Below, in pieces: positions 47,111 through 58,533 of a stretch of 64,000 bases of DNA. A program made the translations under genes and the position numbers. Origin of the DNA: Flavobacteriales bacterium (lineage in GTDB: Bacteria; Bacteroidota; Bacteroidia; Flavobacteriales; Schleiferiaceae); the NCBI GenBank assembly GCA_947464785.1, contig CANHXZ010000001.1, positions 705-64,704 of the forward strand, read 5' to 3'. The notes under the pieces were generated by a model that made no database searches, was not told the origin of the DNA, and saw only the letters and a program-made list of their open reading frames with translations. Position 1 is the first letter of the stretch. The number at the start of each line of letters is the position of its first letter.

Positions 47111-47869
47111 ATGCTATCCATTCAAAATTTACAGGCCGGTTTGGCCGACGGAACGTCCATCCTCAAGGGCATCAACTTGGAGGTTAAACCCGGTGAGGTT
47201 CATGCCATTATGGGACCCAACGGCTCCGGTAAAAGCACCTTGTCCAGCGTGGTGGCCGGTCGGGAAGAATACGAAGTCACCGGCGGTGATGTTCTGCTGG
47301 ACGGCGAATCCCTATTGGATTGCTCACCGGAGGAGCGCGCCCACAAGGGGATCTTTTTGAGTTTTCAATACCCCGTGGAAATTCCCGGCGTATCCGTCAG
47401 CAACTTCATCAAAACCGCACTGAATGCCCACCGCGCTGCGCGCGGCGAAGGGCCGTTGGAAGCCGCTTTGCTGCTGAAAAAAATGCGCGAAAAGCTGGAG
47501 CTTCTGGAAATGGACAAGAGCTTTTTGAGCCGTTCGTTGAACGAAGGATTTTCCGGCGGCGAAAAAAAGCGCAACGAAATCTTCCAAATGGCCATGCTGG
47601 AGCCCCGTTTGGCCATTTTGGACGAAACGGACAGCGGCCTGGACATTGACGCCTTGCGCATTGTGGCCCAAGGAGTTAACGCCTTGAAGAGCCCCACCAA
47701 TGCGGTGGTGGTCATCACGCACTACCAGCGTTTGTTGGAGTACATCGTACCGGACTACGTGCACGTTTTGCTCCACGGAAAAATCGTCAAAAGCGGCACC
47801 AAGGATTTGGCGCTGGAGTTGGAGGAGCGCGGGTACGACTGGATCAAAAAAGAAAACGCCGGCAAATAA
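47111..47869 (+). CDS. sufC: Fe-S cluster assembly ATPase SufC
   Basis: Start at ATG 47111 (MLSIQNLQ...). Walker A GPNGSGKST, signature FSGGEKKR, Walker B AILDETDSGLD. Confidence 0.96.
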   Translation: MLSIQNLQAGLADGTSILKGINLEVKPGEVHAIMGPNGSGKSTLSSVVAGREEYEVTGGDVLLDGESLLDCSPEERAHKGIFLSFQYPVEIPGVSVSNFIKTALNAHRAARGEGPLEAALLLKKMREKLELLEMDKSFLSRSLNEGFSGGEKKRNEIFQMAMLEPRLAILDETDSGLDIDALRIVAQGVNALKSPTNAVVVITHYQRLLEYIVPDYVHVLLHGKIVKSGTKDLALELEERGYDWIKKENAGK

Positions 47870-49179
47870 TGCACAATACGTTGCTGAATTTATACGCGGA
47901 ACACGAGGCAGACTTGGCCCGGGAAAGCGGCGATGCGGTTGCGTCCAAACGACGTGCGGCCATCGATCGATTTGAGGCGTTGGGCTTTCCCACCAAGCAG
48001 TGGGAATCCTGGAAGTACACTTCGCTGAAAACCACCCTCGCAACGGAATACACCACCGTGCCGCCGTTTGCCTCCGCGAGCCAACACGCGCTGGAGTTTA
48101 AGGACCTGGAGTCCTACTTTTTGGACGAGTTGGACGCGTACCGCGTGGTGTTTGTCAACGGAGTCTATTCTTCCTGGCTGAGCAGCACCACCCACCAAGG
48201 CATCGACGTGTGCACGCTGGGCAGCTCTTGGCGCAAAAACCCAGAGTGGTTGGCGGAAAACTTTGCCGCTTTGGACGAATTGGACGAGCCCCTGGTGCTC
48301 CTGAACCGTGCTCTGGCCCGGGAAGGCGCCCTCGTGCACGTTCCCAAGAACACCGCCGCAGACAAGCCCATTCAAATCTTCTACTTCACCACGGCGGACG
48401 AACCGTTGTTTGCCCAGGTGCGCAACATCGTAGTAGTAGAGTCCGGAGCGCGGGTGGAAATCGTGGAGCGGCACCAAACCCTCAACGGCAAAGCCCACTG
48501 GACCAATGCCGTCACCGAAATTCGCGTGGCCCCCAACGCCCACGTTCGGTACACCAAATTGCAAAACGACCTGTCCACGGCCACGCTCACGGACGCCACT
48601 TTTGTGCACCAAGCAGCGGACAGCACGGCCGTAGTCAATACCTTCAGCTTCGGCGGCAAACTCACCCGCAACGACCTTCGCTTTCACCTCGCCGGATCCA
48701 ACGCGGAGGCGCATTTGCACGGATTAACCCTCATCAACGGCGACGAACACGTGGACCACCGCACTTTTGTGGACCACGCCGTGCCCCATTGCACCAGCCG
48801 CGAGGTGTACAAAGGAGTGTACGACGGCCGTTCCCACGGGGTCTTCAACGGGCAAATCATGGTTCGTCCGCAAGCGCAAAAGACCCTGGCCTTCCAGCAA
48901 AACGACAACCTGTTGTTGAACGATCGTGCGCAAATAGACACCAAGCCGCAGTTGGAGATTTTTGCCGACGACGTCAAGTGTTCCCACGGCTGCACCGTGG
49001 GCCAGCTGGATACCGACGCCCTCTTTTACTTACGTGCCCGCGGCATCCCCGAAACCGAAGCACGTGCCCTGCTCATGCTGGCCTTTGCCAACGATGCCTT
49101 GGCGCAGGTGGAACTTCCCGCATTGGAACGCAAACTCCACGCATTGATCCACAAAAAGCTCGGCGTTTCGGTGGCCTAA
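47869..49179 (+). CDS. sufD: Fe-S cluster assembly protein SufD
   Basis: 436 aa, follows sufC with a TAATG overlap. The C-terminal SufBD-type beta-helix sequence includes LEIFADDVKCSHGCTVGQLD. Confidence 0.93.
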   Translation: MHNTLLNLYAEHEADLARESGDAVASKRRAAIDRFEALGFPTKQWESWKYTSLKTTLATEYTTVPPFASASQHALEFKDLESYFLDELDAYRVVFVNGVYSSWLSSTTHQGIDVCTLGSSWRKNPEWLAENFAALDELDEPLVLLNRALAREGALVHVPKNTAADKPIQIFYFTTADEPLFAQVRNIVVVESGARVEIVERHQTLNGKAHWTNAVTEIRVAPNAHVRYTKLQNDLSTATLTDATFVHQAADSTAVVNTFSFGGKLTRNDLRFHLAGSNAEAHLHGLTLINGDEHVDHRTFVDHAVPHCTSREVYKGVYDGRSHGVFNGQIMVRPQAQKTLAFQQNDNLLLNDRAQIDTKPQLEIFADDVKCSHGCTVGQLDTDALFYLRARGIPETEARALLMLAFANDALAQVELPALERKLHALIHKKLGVSVA

Positions 49180-49242
49180 ACGCCCCAGGAGGTCGTCAAA
49201 TTCCTTATCTTCGTTGGCTTAAAGCGTGAAAACAGCCAGCGA

Positions 49243-52200
49243 ATGAATGCTTCTTCCTACAAACGCATCAACGACCTGCTCGGTTGGTTGGTGTTTGTGA
49301 TTGCCAGCGCCACCTACGTGCTGACGGTAGAGCCCACCACCAGTTTCTGGGACTGCGGCGAATACATTGCTACCTCCGTAAAACTGCAGGTGGGACATCC
49401 TCCCGGAGCCCCGTTGTTCCAGTTGATGGGCGCGGTGGTGGCCAACTTGTTGGCCGGTGACGTAACGCAGCAAGCGTACTACGTGAACCTACTGTCTGCG
49501 TTCTCGTCCAGCTTCACCATTTTGTTTCTGTTTTGGTCCATCACGGCCATTGCCAAGCGCTTGGTTGCGCGATTGGGCGAGCAGACCCCGGCCCGAACCA
49601 TCGCCATTTTTGGTGCAGGCGCGGTGGGTGCCTTGGCCTACACGTTTTCCGACTCCTTTTGGTTCAGCGCTGTTGAAGGCGAAGTATACGCCATGAGCTC
49701 GTTCTTCACGGCCTTGGCCTTCTGGGCCGGTCTGAAGTGGGAAGCGGCCGTGGACCACGACCCCTACGCCAACCGTTGGTTGTTGCTGGTGGCTTATGCC
49801 GTTGGCCTCACCGTGGGCGTACACATCTTGGCCTTCCTCGTCATTCCGGCGGTGGTGATGGTGGTGTACTACAAGCTCTATAAAGAACGTTCCTGGAAAG
49901 GGTTCTTGGTAGCCAATACGGTTTCTGTGGCGGTACTCGCCTTTGTTTTTGCCATCATCGTTCCGTTCATCCTGAAAGTATTTGGCTTCTTGGAAATTCA
50001 ATCGGTCAACACCGTTGGGCTTCCCAAAAACAGCGGAACGTTGCTGGCCTTTGGACTGTTCGTAGGCGCCGTAGTATACGGCATACAGTGGGCTAAGAAA
50101 GCCAACAAGCCCCTCGTATCGCAAGGCATTCTGGCGGTGGTCTTCATCATGATTGGGTACTCTACCTTCTTGACGTTGGCCATTCGTTCGAACACCAACA
50201 CCCCCATCGACGAAAACAATCCGGAAGACGCCATTTCCTTGCTGGCGTACTACAACCGCGAGCAGTACGGCGACTGGCCCGTTTTGTACGGACAGAGCTT
50301 CAACGCTCCTCTGGATCCGCAGCAGCCCTACAAAGACGGTAAGCCTACCTACGCGTTCAGCGAGGAAACCGGTAAATACGAAGTGACCAACGACGGCAAG
50401 GCGTCGGTACCCAACTACGACAAGCGGTACATCGGCTTCTTCCCGCGGATGTGGTCCGATCAGTCCGACCACGTGCAGAACTACATGAGCCTGATGAAAA
50501 TCACGGACAAGGAAGCCCCAATTTCCTTTGGGAAGCATTTTTCGTTCTTCGTGAAGTACCAACTTGGCCAGCTGTGGTTCCGCTACTTCATGTGGAACTT
50601 TGCCGGACGTCAAAACGACGAGCAAAATCGCTACGAATTCACCAAAGGCAACTGGATCACGGGCATTTCGTTCTGGGACGAGGCGCGCTTGGGCCCGCAG
50701 GACAACCTGCCGACGTTCCTCAAGAACAACCCGGCCCGCAACGTGTACTACGCACTTCCGCTTATTTTGGGCTTGGTGGGGCTCTTTTTCCAGTTCTCCA
50801 AAGACAAGGACCACACCTGGGTTCTGACCTCGTTGTTCCTGTTTACGGGCATTGCGGTTGCGGTCTACACGAACCAAAAGCCCTTTGAACCGCGCGAGCG
50901 GGACTACGCCTTTGTGGGCTCCTTCTACGTCTTTGCCATATGGATTGGCCTGGGCGTGGTGGCCTTGGTGGAGTGGTTGGGCAAGTTGCGTTCCACCGCT
51001 ACGGCGGCCCTGGTGACCGCGGCCATGCTCGTTGCAGTTCCCGGCCTCATGGCGCAGCAAAACTGGGACGACCACAACCGTTCCAACCGCTACACCGCAC
51101 GGGACATTGCCAAAGCCTACCTGGACTCCTGCGAAAAGAACGCCATTTTGTTCACCAACGGAGACAACGACACCTTCCCCCTGTGGTACGTACAAGAGGT
51201 AGAAGGCTACCGAACGGACGTGCGCATTGTGAACCTCTCCCTGCTCAACACGGACTGGTACATCGACATGATGAAGCGCAAGTACTACGAAGGCGCGCCG
51301 GTGCCCTTCCGCTTTGAAAAGAGTCAGTACGTGCAGGGCACGCGCGACGTGCTCTTCTACCAAGACATTGGCGTTCAAGGACGTTGGTACGTAGAAGACT
51401 TTTTGAATTGGACGCGTCGGGACGATGCCGCCACCAAGTTCACGGCCTACCAAGGCACGGAGGCTCCCAAGCAATTCTCCTTCTTCCCCCAGAAGAAATG
51501 GCGCATTCCGGTCAACAAAGAGCAGGTTCTGAAGAACAACGTAGTACCCGCAGACCAAGCGGACCGCATTTTGGAGTACATCGATTGGGACTGGGGCTCC
51601 AGCGTGGTGTCCAAGCGCGATTTGATGCTGATTGACCTGTTGGCCAACAACGATTGGTCCCGTCCGATTTACTTCAGCACCACGGTAGGTTCTTCCGCCA
51701 GCGGATTCTTCTGGCTAACGCCGTACTTCCGTTTGGAAGGTTTGGCGTACCGCTTTGTTCCGGTGAAGAGCGCCTCTCCGGAAGGCTCGTACGACTTTGG
51801 CGACGTGAACGCCGAAGCTTGCTACAACCTGATGGTGAACCCCAAGAACGAGGCCGGTAAATTCCTGTACGGCAACATGGAAGATCCCAACGTTTATTTG
51901 GACGAAACCAACCGCCGCTTGTGCTTCAACCTGCGCACCACGTTTGGGCGTGCCGCCTCTACGTTGGCCATCCAAGGCCAAAACAAGAAGGCCATTGAAA
52001 TGCTGGACTTTGGCATGCAAAAGATGCCGGTGGAGCGCTTTGGCTACGACTACTTCTTGCTGAGCATGATTGAGGGCTACTTCCGCGCCGGTGCCAAAGA
52101 CCAAGCCAACAAATTGGTGGACGGTTTTGCGGCCTCGCTGGACGAAAACCTCAGCTACTACGCGCAGTACCGTGGCGCCAAGCGCGCGTTTGTGTCCCAA

Positions 52201-52341
52201 GACATCGAAGGCGATTTGCAGTACTACCAAATGCTGGTGCGCTTGTCTTCCGCGTACAACGGAGGCAACTTTGACCCGGCCAAAATGCAAAGCGATCCGC
52301 TGTTTGCTCGCTACGCGGAGCAGGCTTCGAAGTTTCAGTAA
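49243..52341 (+). CDS. DUF2723 (TMEM260-like, glycosyltransferase-C-fold) large membrane protein
   Basis: 1032 aa. N-terminal VEPTTSFWDCGEYIATSVKLQVGHPPGAPLFQLMG is the hallmark of DUF2723. About 11 transmembrane helices and a large C-terminal soluble domain. Confidence 0.88.
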   Translation: MNASSYKRINDLLGWLVFVIASATYVLTVEPTTSFWDCGEYIATSVKLQVGHPPGAPLFQLMGAVVANLLAGDVTQQAYYVNLLSAFSSSFTILFLFWSITAIAKRLVARLGEQTPARTIAIFGAGAVGALAYTFSDSFWFSAVEGEVYAMSSFFTALAFWAGLKWEAAVDHDPYANRWLLLVAYAVGLTVGVHILAFLVIPAVVMVVYYKLYKERSWKGFLVANTVSVAVLAFVFAIIVPFILKVFGFLEIQSVNTVGLPKNSGTLLAFGLFVGAVVYGIQWAKKANKPLVSQGILAVVFIMIGYSTFLTLAIRSNTNTPIDENNPEDAISLLAYYNREQYGDWPVLYGQSFNAPLDPQQPYKDGKPTYAFSEETGKYEVTNDGKASVPNYDKRYIGFFPRMWSDQSDHVQNYMSLMKITDKEAPISFGKHFSFFVKYQLGQLWFRYFMWNFAGRQNDEQNRYEFTKGNWITGISFWDEARLGPQDNLPTFLKNNPARNVYYALPLILGLVGLFFQFSKDKDHTWVLTSLFLFTGIAVAVYTNQKPFEPRERDYAFVGSFYVFAIWIGLGVVALVEWLGKLRSTATAALVTAAMLVAVPGLMAQQNWDDHNRSNRYTARDIAKAYLDSCEKNAILFTNGDNDTFPLWYVQEVEGYRTDVRIVNLSLLNTDWYIDMMKRKYYEGAPVPFRFEKSQYVQGTRDVLFYQDIGVQGRWYVEDFLNWTRRDDAATKFTAYQGTEAPKQFSFFPQKKWRIPVNKEQVLKNNVVPADQADRILEYIDWDWGSSVVSKRDLMLIDLLANNDWSRPIYFSTTVGSSASGFFWLTPYFRLEGLAYRFVPVKSASPEGSYDFGDVNAEACYNLMVNPKNEAGKFLYGNMEDPNVYLDETNRRLCFNLRTTFGRAASTLAIQGQNKKAIEMLDFGMQKMPVERFGYDYFLLSMIEGYFRAGAKDQANKLVDGFAASLDENLSYYAQYRGAKRAFVSQDIEGDLQYYQMLVRLSSAYNGGNFDPAKMQSDPLFARYAEQASKFQ

Positions 52342-52366
52342 GGCGCCAAATACGCTTTAAAACGAA

Positions 52367-52401
52367 GGGGCCCGGCGCGTGCGCGCCGGGCCCCTCTTTT
52401 T
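52367..52401. terminator. bidirectional intrinsic terminator between the DUF2723 gene and thiL
   Basis: GGGGCCCGGCGCG-TG-CGCGCCGGGCCCC (13-bp stem), with TCTTTTT on the plus strand and TTCGTTTT on the minus strand. Confidence 0.75.
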
Positions 52402-52431
52402 GGTCTTTGCCGCGCGCGGTGCGCGCGCCTC

Positions 52432-54868
<2,437 letters not shown>

Positions 54869-54907
54869 TCCTTCGAGCCGCCGGTTCGCCGGCAGCGCGA
54901 AGCGCCG

Positions 54908-54915
54908 TACCTTCG
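54908..54915 (+). promoter_or_regulatory. variant -7 box (TACCTTCG) 4 nt upstream of ATG 54920
   Basis: TACCTTCG-GAAC-ATG. Confidence 0.35.
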
Positions 54916-54919
54916 GAAC

Positions 54920-55324
54920 ATGAATGCGTTCCGGAACCCCCAAGCCCACCGGAAGGTGGGCTTTTTTTGTGGCCTAAAGCGGGCCTTTTTTGGCGTTGCT
55001 CTGCTGGCTCTTGTCCCTACCGGCTGTACCTACTACGGCACCACCGTGGGCCTGGAACAGCTCAACGAGCAGGTACGGCCCCGCTACGTTCGGTACCGAC
55101 TGGAACGCGAGCCCTTTACGGGATACGTCACCACGGATACCAGCCGCTTCCGCACGAAAGACGGACTGAAAAACGGCATGGAGCGCGTGTTCTACCCCAG
55201 CGGCTCCTTGCGCCGCGAGATCAACTGGAAAAACGGCCTGCGCCACGGAACCGAGCGCATCTACGGAGCCGAGGGCGAGCAGCTTGCGCGCATCCGGTGG
55301 ACGCGGGGCAAGGAGGCGCGGTAA
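54920..55324 (+). CDS. MORN-repeat-variant (YwqK-like) lipoprotein
   Basis: Lipobox-like LALVPTGC. Repeats DGLKNGMERVFYPSGSLRREINWKNGLRHGTERIYGAEGEQ. Confidence 0.7.
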   Translation: MNAFRNPQAHRKVGFFCGLKRAFFGVALLALVPTGCTYYGTTVGLEQLNEQVRPRYVRYRLEREPFTGYVTTDTSRFRTKDGLKNGMERVFYPSGSLRREINWKNGLRHGTERIYGAEGEQLARIRWTRGKEAR

Positions 55325-55333
55325 AAAGGCGCT

Positions 55334-56662
55334 TCACCAAGTAGCCCAGCGTGCGGTTCGGCCGTCGTCGGCACGCAGCACCCACCAACCTGCGGGTACG
55401 TTTTCCGGTAAAAGCGCGCGTCCTGCCGCATCTGCCTCTACCGTGAATACCGTTCTTCCGAGTGCATCCGTGCCCCACAGTTTATGACCCGCATCCAATG
55501 GCACGTAGGATTCGCCGCTGGTGTAAATCACTTTCAGCGACTTGCCTGAGTCCTTGGTGTCTTGATCTTGGATCAGACACAACATCTTGTTGATGCGCTT
55601 CCACAACTCGTTGGCCAGTAGCCACGGAACCGGCACGGAGTTGGGGTTGTTGCCCATGCGGACCACTACCAAATCCAAGCTGGGCACCACAAATAGGATT
55701 TGTCCGTCTCTTCCCAAAGCGGCAAACGCGTCGGCAGGTGCATTTGGAGTGAGTGAACCGGGAAATAAAATTTGAGATTGAGGCAGGCGGTGTGCACTTT
55801 GGCCGTTGAGCCACCACAACAAACCGTACGAGGGGTTCAAGCTCTGGGACGGGGTTGTCATCTTATGAACCCACGAGGAATCAAGGACCACAGTGCCGTT
55901 CCAACGACCGTGACCTTGAATCAACAACCCATAGCGCGCCATGCTCCGGGGTTTGCTCCAGAAAACATTGTTGTCCCCAGATGGATAAAAGAAACCCTGA
56001 ATACCCGTTTGCGGTCGAATACGGGATTGGACCAAAGCATTTAGGTTTTGTCCTGTAGCTCCAATAAGTACTGCGTCCAGCAAGGTATACGGTGCATTGT
56101 GGTACGCCCACCGCGATCCTGCCGGTGCCAAATACTGCAGGCAAGTAGGAAGGGTACAATCCGGATTGAACACGCCATCGTTCAAGCCCGTAGTCATGCG
56201 CAGATGATCTTCCACCCGAATTAATGTTTCTTGAGCGGACGATAAACTGCTCCAACCGGGGCCCAAATAGGCCCGGGAGGGCAGGTTGAGATCAATTTCG
56301 CCGGCCGCAACCGCCTGGCCCACCAAACCGGCCGTCAAACTCTTGCCGGCTGACGCCCAATACCACAGACTGTCTGCCGTAAACGTACCGAAGTACTCTT
56401 CCACCACCATGCGGCCTTGATGGAGAATCAACAACGCCTTGCTGTCCTGCTGTGCCGCGTAGGTCACCACCGAGTCCACCCCCGTAGGGCACCACCCTAA
56501 CTGAGCTGGAGTTATTGAATTCCAAGCACTCCCGGTCAGCGGAGGATAATAAAGTCCTTGGGCCCACGAGTCAAGACCACCAAACAGCATGAGGCAAGTG
56601 AAAATACCTACCGCATACCCGGAAAACGGTCTTCGCAATGGGTACCTGTCTTGTGTTTTCAT
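55334..56662 (-). CDS. serine hydrolase of the beta-lactamase (class C/EstB-like) family with T9SS-like C-terminal domain
   Basis: SxxK motif WASAGKSL, Y-x-N motif AYHNAPY, and late G..GQ.LFVVPS. The C-terminal approx. 70 aa (...LWGTDALGRTVFTVEADAAGRALLPENVPAGWWVLRADDG...) is CTD-like. Confidence 0.85.
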   Translation of the reverse strand: MKTQDRYPLRRPFSGYAVGIFTCLMLFGGLDSWAQGLYYPPLTGSAWNSITPAQLGWCPTGVDSVVTYAAQQDSKALLILHQGRMVVEEYFGTFTADSLWYWASAGKSLTAGLVGQAVAAGEIDLNLPSRAYLGPGWSSLSSAQETLIRVEDHLRMTTGLNDGVFNPDCTLPTCLQYLAPAGSRWAYHNAPYTLLDAVLIGATGQNLNALVQSRIRPQTGIQGFFYPSGDNNVFWSKPRSMARYGLLIQGHGRWNGTVVLDSSWVHKMTTPSQSLNPSYGLLWWLNGQSAHRLPQSQILFPGSLTPNAPADAFAALGRDGQILFVVPSLDLVVVRMGNNPNSVPVPWLLANELWKRINKMLCLIQDQDTKDSGKSLKVIYTSGESYVPLDAGHKLWGTDALGRTVFTVEADAAGRALLPENVPAGWWVLRADDGRTARWATW

Positions 56663-56826
56663 GTGCTTTGGATGCGCAACGCGCTCTAGGGTTTAACGCC
56701 TCTTGAAGGTAGGTAAAATAGCTTTCGACTACATCCGCTTATCGTGCATGTCCTCATTCAAAAAGTATTTTACTTTGAGTTTTATATTACCCGTTTTTAA
56801 TATATTCTGTGTAATATTGTACTCAA

Positions 56827-57147
56827 ATGATTTCATCCTCGCTCAAAATCCTTCCGCCCAGCACCCAACGCACGCTGGAAACCCTGGGCGAAAACGTGCG
56901 CAAGGCGCGCCTGCGGCGCGCCCTCACCACCGCACGCGTGGCCGAACGCGCCGGAATCAGCCGCAAAACACTGTACCAAATCGAACGGGGAAGCGCGGCC
57001 GTGGCGCTAGGCCACTACGCAGCAGTGCTTTTTGTTTTGGAACTGGACGACGAACTGGGTGCTGTGGGCGCCGCGGATCCCTTGGGACGCACCCTGCAGG
57101 ACGGACGAATGCTGGCAGCGCAACGAAACCGGAGGTCTGAACCTTAA
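56827..57147 (+). CDS. XRE-family HTH regulator (HipB-like layout), apparently without a partner gene
   Basis: 106 aa: LGENVRKARLRRALTTARVAERAGISRKTLYQIERGSAAVALGHYAAVLFVLELDDEL. Preceded by an AT-rich 160-nt intergenic region. Confidence 0.75.
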   Translation: MISSSLKILPPSTQRTLETLGENVRKARLRRALTTARVAERAGISRKTLYQIERGSAAVALGHYAAVLFVLELDDELGAVGAADPLGRTLQDGRMLAAQRNRRSEP

Positions 57148-57166
57148 GCGCGTAAATCTGGGGGAA

Positions 57167-57463
57167 TCAGCGCCGACCGCGACGGTCGCGGCGCAGTGCG
57201 CGACGCTCCATGCGGCGCACCTTTTTGATCATGCGGTCGCGCTTCAAACGCGCTTTGGCCAAGCGCAACACGCGCCGCTTTTCCCGCAATTCCTTGCGGG
57301 ATTCGTGCACTTCCTTGCGGCGTTGCGCCAGGGTGGCTCGCGAAGGGGATGCCTCAACGGCGGGGGCAGCCGCAGAACGCGGAACGCGCGCCGCAGGACG
57401 AACTTGTGCGGTGCCGGACACGGTCACCAATACGGTCAAAAACAACAGGAGGAAGGTGCGCAT
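57167..57463 (-). CDS. small secreted, extremely basic hypothetical protein
   Basis: MRTFLLLFLTVLVTVSGTAQ signal peptide, then an Arg/Lys-rich helix-like tail (RRKEVHESRKELREKRRVLRLAKARLKRDRMIKKVRRMERRALRRDRRGRR). Starts 6 nt after the gatC stop. Confidence 0.45.
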   Translation of the reverse strand: MRTFLLLFLTVLVTVSGTAQVRPAARVPRSAAAPAVEASPSRATLAQRRKEVHESRKELREKRRVLRLAKARLKRDRMIKKVRRMERRALRRDRRGRR

Positions 57464-57469
57464 AACCAC

Positions 57470-57745
57470 TTAACGACGTGGGACGCGAAAATAGTCTGTG
57501 TCTGCCCCAGGAGCATTCTTCATGGCCTCCGCGTGGGAAACCGTCTGCTCCACAACGTCGGGGCGCAATACGTTGACTTCGTCGGACAGATGGACCAAGG
57601 GTTCAACGCCTTCCAACTCCATGCGTTCGATCTTGGCCACAAAGCCCAAAATCTTCTCCATGTCCTGCTCCAATTGGGCCTTGCGCTCGGGAGCCAACGT
57701 CAAACGAGAAAGGTGGGCGAGTTTGTCTAGATCCAGTTGTGCCAT
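57470..57745 (-). CDS. gatC: Asp-tRNA(Asn)/Glu-tRNA(Gln) amidotransferase subunit C
   Basis: 91 aa: LDKLAHLSRLTLAPERKAQLEQDMEKILGFV...VEPLVHL...LRPD. Confidence 0.9.
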   Translation of the reverse strand: MAQLDLDKLAHLSRLTLAPERKAQLEQDMEKILGFVAKIERMELEGVEPLVHLSDEVNVLRPDVVEQTVSHAEAMKNAPGADTDYFRVPRR

Positions 57746-57749
57746 GGGG

Positions 57750-57757
57750 CAAAGGTA
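57750..57757 (-). promoter_or_regulatory. TAnnTTTG -7 box (TACCTTTG) 4 nt upstream of the gatC ATG
   Basis: Minus strand: GTACCTTTG-CCCC-ATG, a 15-mer identical to the one at the carboxyltransferase gene (22541-22555). Confidence 0.55.
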
Positions 57758-57786
57758 CAGAGATTGAGCCGATGTGCGGCTGCGGG

Positions 57787-58533
57787 TCAGGACTTCCGGT
57801 CCTCCGCTCGGTAGCGGTTCAGTTCCGCTAAGAGGAGGGCGTGCACGCGGTCCGACACCGCCTCCTGGTCCGCCACGGTGAGGCCGGTCACCTCAATGGG
57901 GGCGTGCACGGTAGCGCGGATCACGCCGGGGGAGCCTCCTTGGCCAAAATCCGGGAAGCGCCGACGGTGGTCCGGGAAGGTGATGGGAAGAATGGCGGTT
58001 CCGCTCTCGATGGCCAGCTTGAAGGCGCCCGCCTTGAACGGGGCCAACAGGGTTTTGGGGTTCTTGGGGATGCCTCCTTCGGGGTAAATGCACAAACCGG
58101 TACCGCGCGCCAAACGGCGCGCTGCCTTGTCCATCACGGCGCGCTTGGAGGCCAACGAAGTGCGGTCCACCAGGATGGAGGTGCGTCGGTAAAAGAAGCC
58201 AAACAAGGGGATTTTGGCCAGCTCCGCCTTGCCAATGAATACGATGGGGGACTTTACGAGCCGGTAGCAAAACATGACGTCCAGCTCGGAGGTGTGGTTG
58301 CTCACCACAATGTACGGCCGGTCCCAAGGAATTTGGGCCTCGTAACGCACCTTTCGCCAGAGGAACATGCCGTTTAAAATGAACGCCGCCCAGCGTCGGG
58401 CCCAAGGATAAAACCGAGGAAAGTCCGATGCTGAGCGGGAAGTCCAGTAGAGCCCAGGGCTGAGTAAGACGATGCTGACGAGCATGCACCAGTAGTACCA
58501 CACGTGGTACAGCATGCCAAACGCCCGTTTCAT
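57787..58533 (-). CDS. 1-acyl-sn-glycerol-3-phosphate acyltransferase family protein
   Basis: HX4D motif VVSNHTSELDV; later CIYPEGG. The ATG overlaps the accC stop (TGATG). Confidence 0.88.
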   Translation of the reverse strand: MKRAFGMLYHVWYYWCMLVSIVLLSPGLYWTSRSASDFPRFYPWARRWAAFILNGMFLWRKVRYEAQIPWDRPYIVVSNHTSELDVMFCYRLVKSPIVFIGKAELAKIPLFGFFYRRTSILVDRTSLASKRAVMDKAARRLARGTGLCIYPEGGIPKNPKTLLAPFKAGAFKLAIESGTAILPITFPDHRRRFPDFGQGGSPGVIRATVHAPIEVTGLTVADQEAVSDRVHALLLAELNRYRAEDRKS

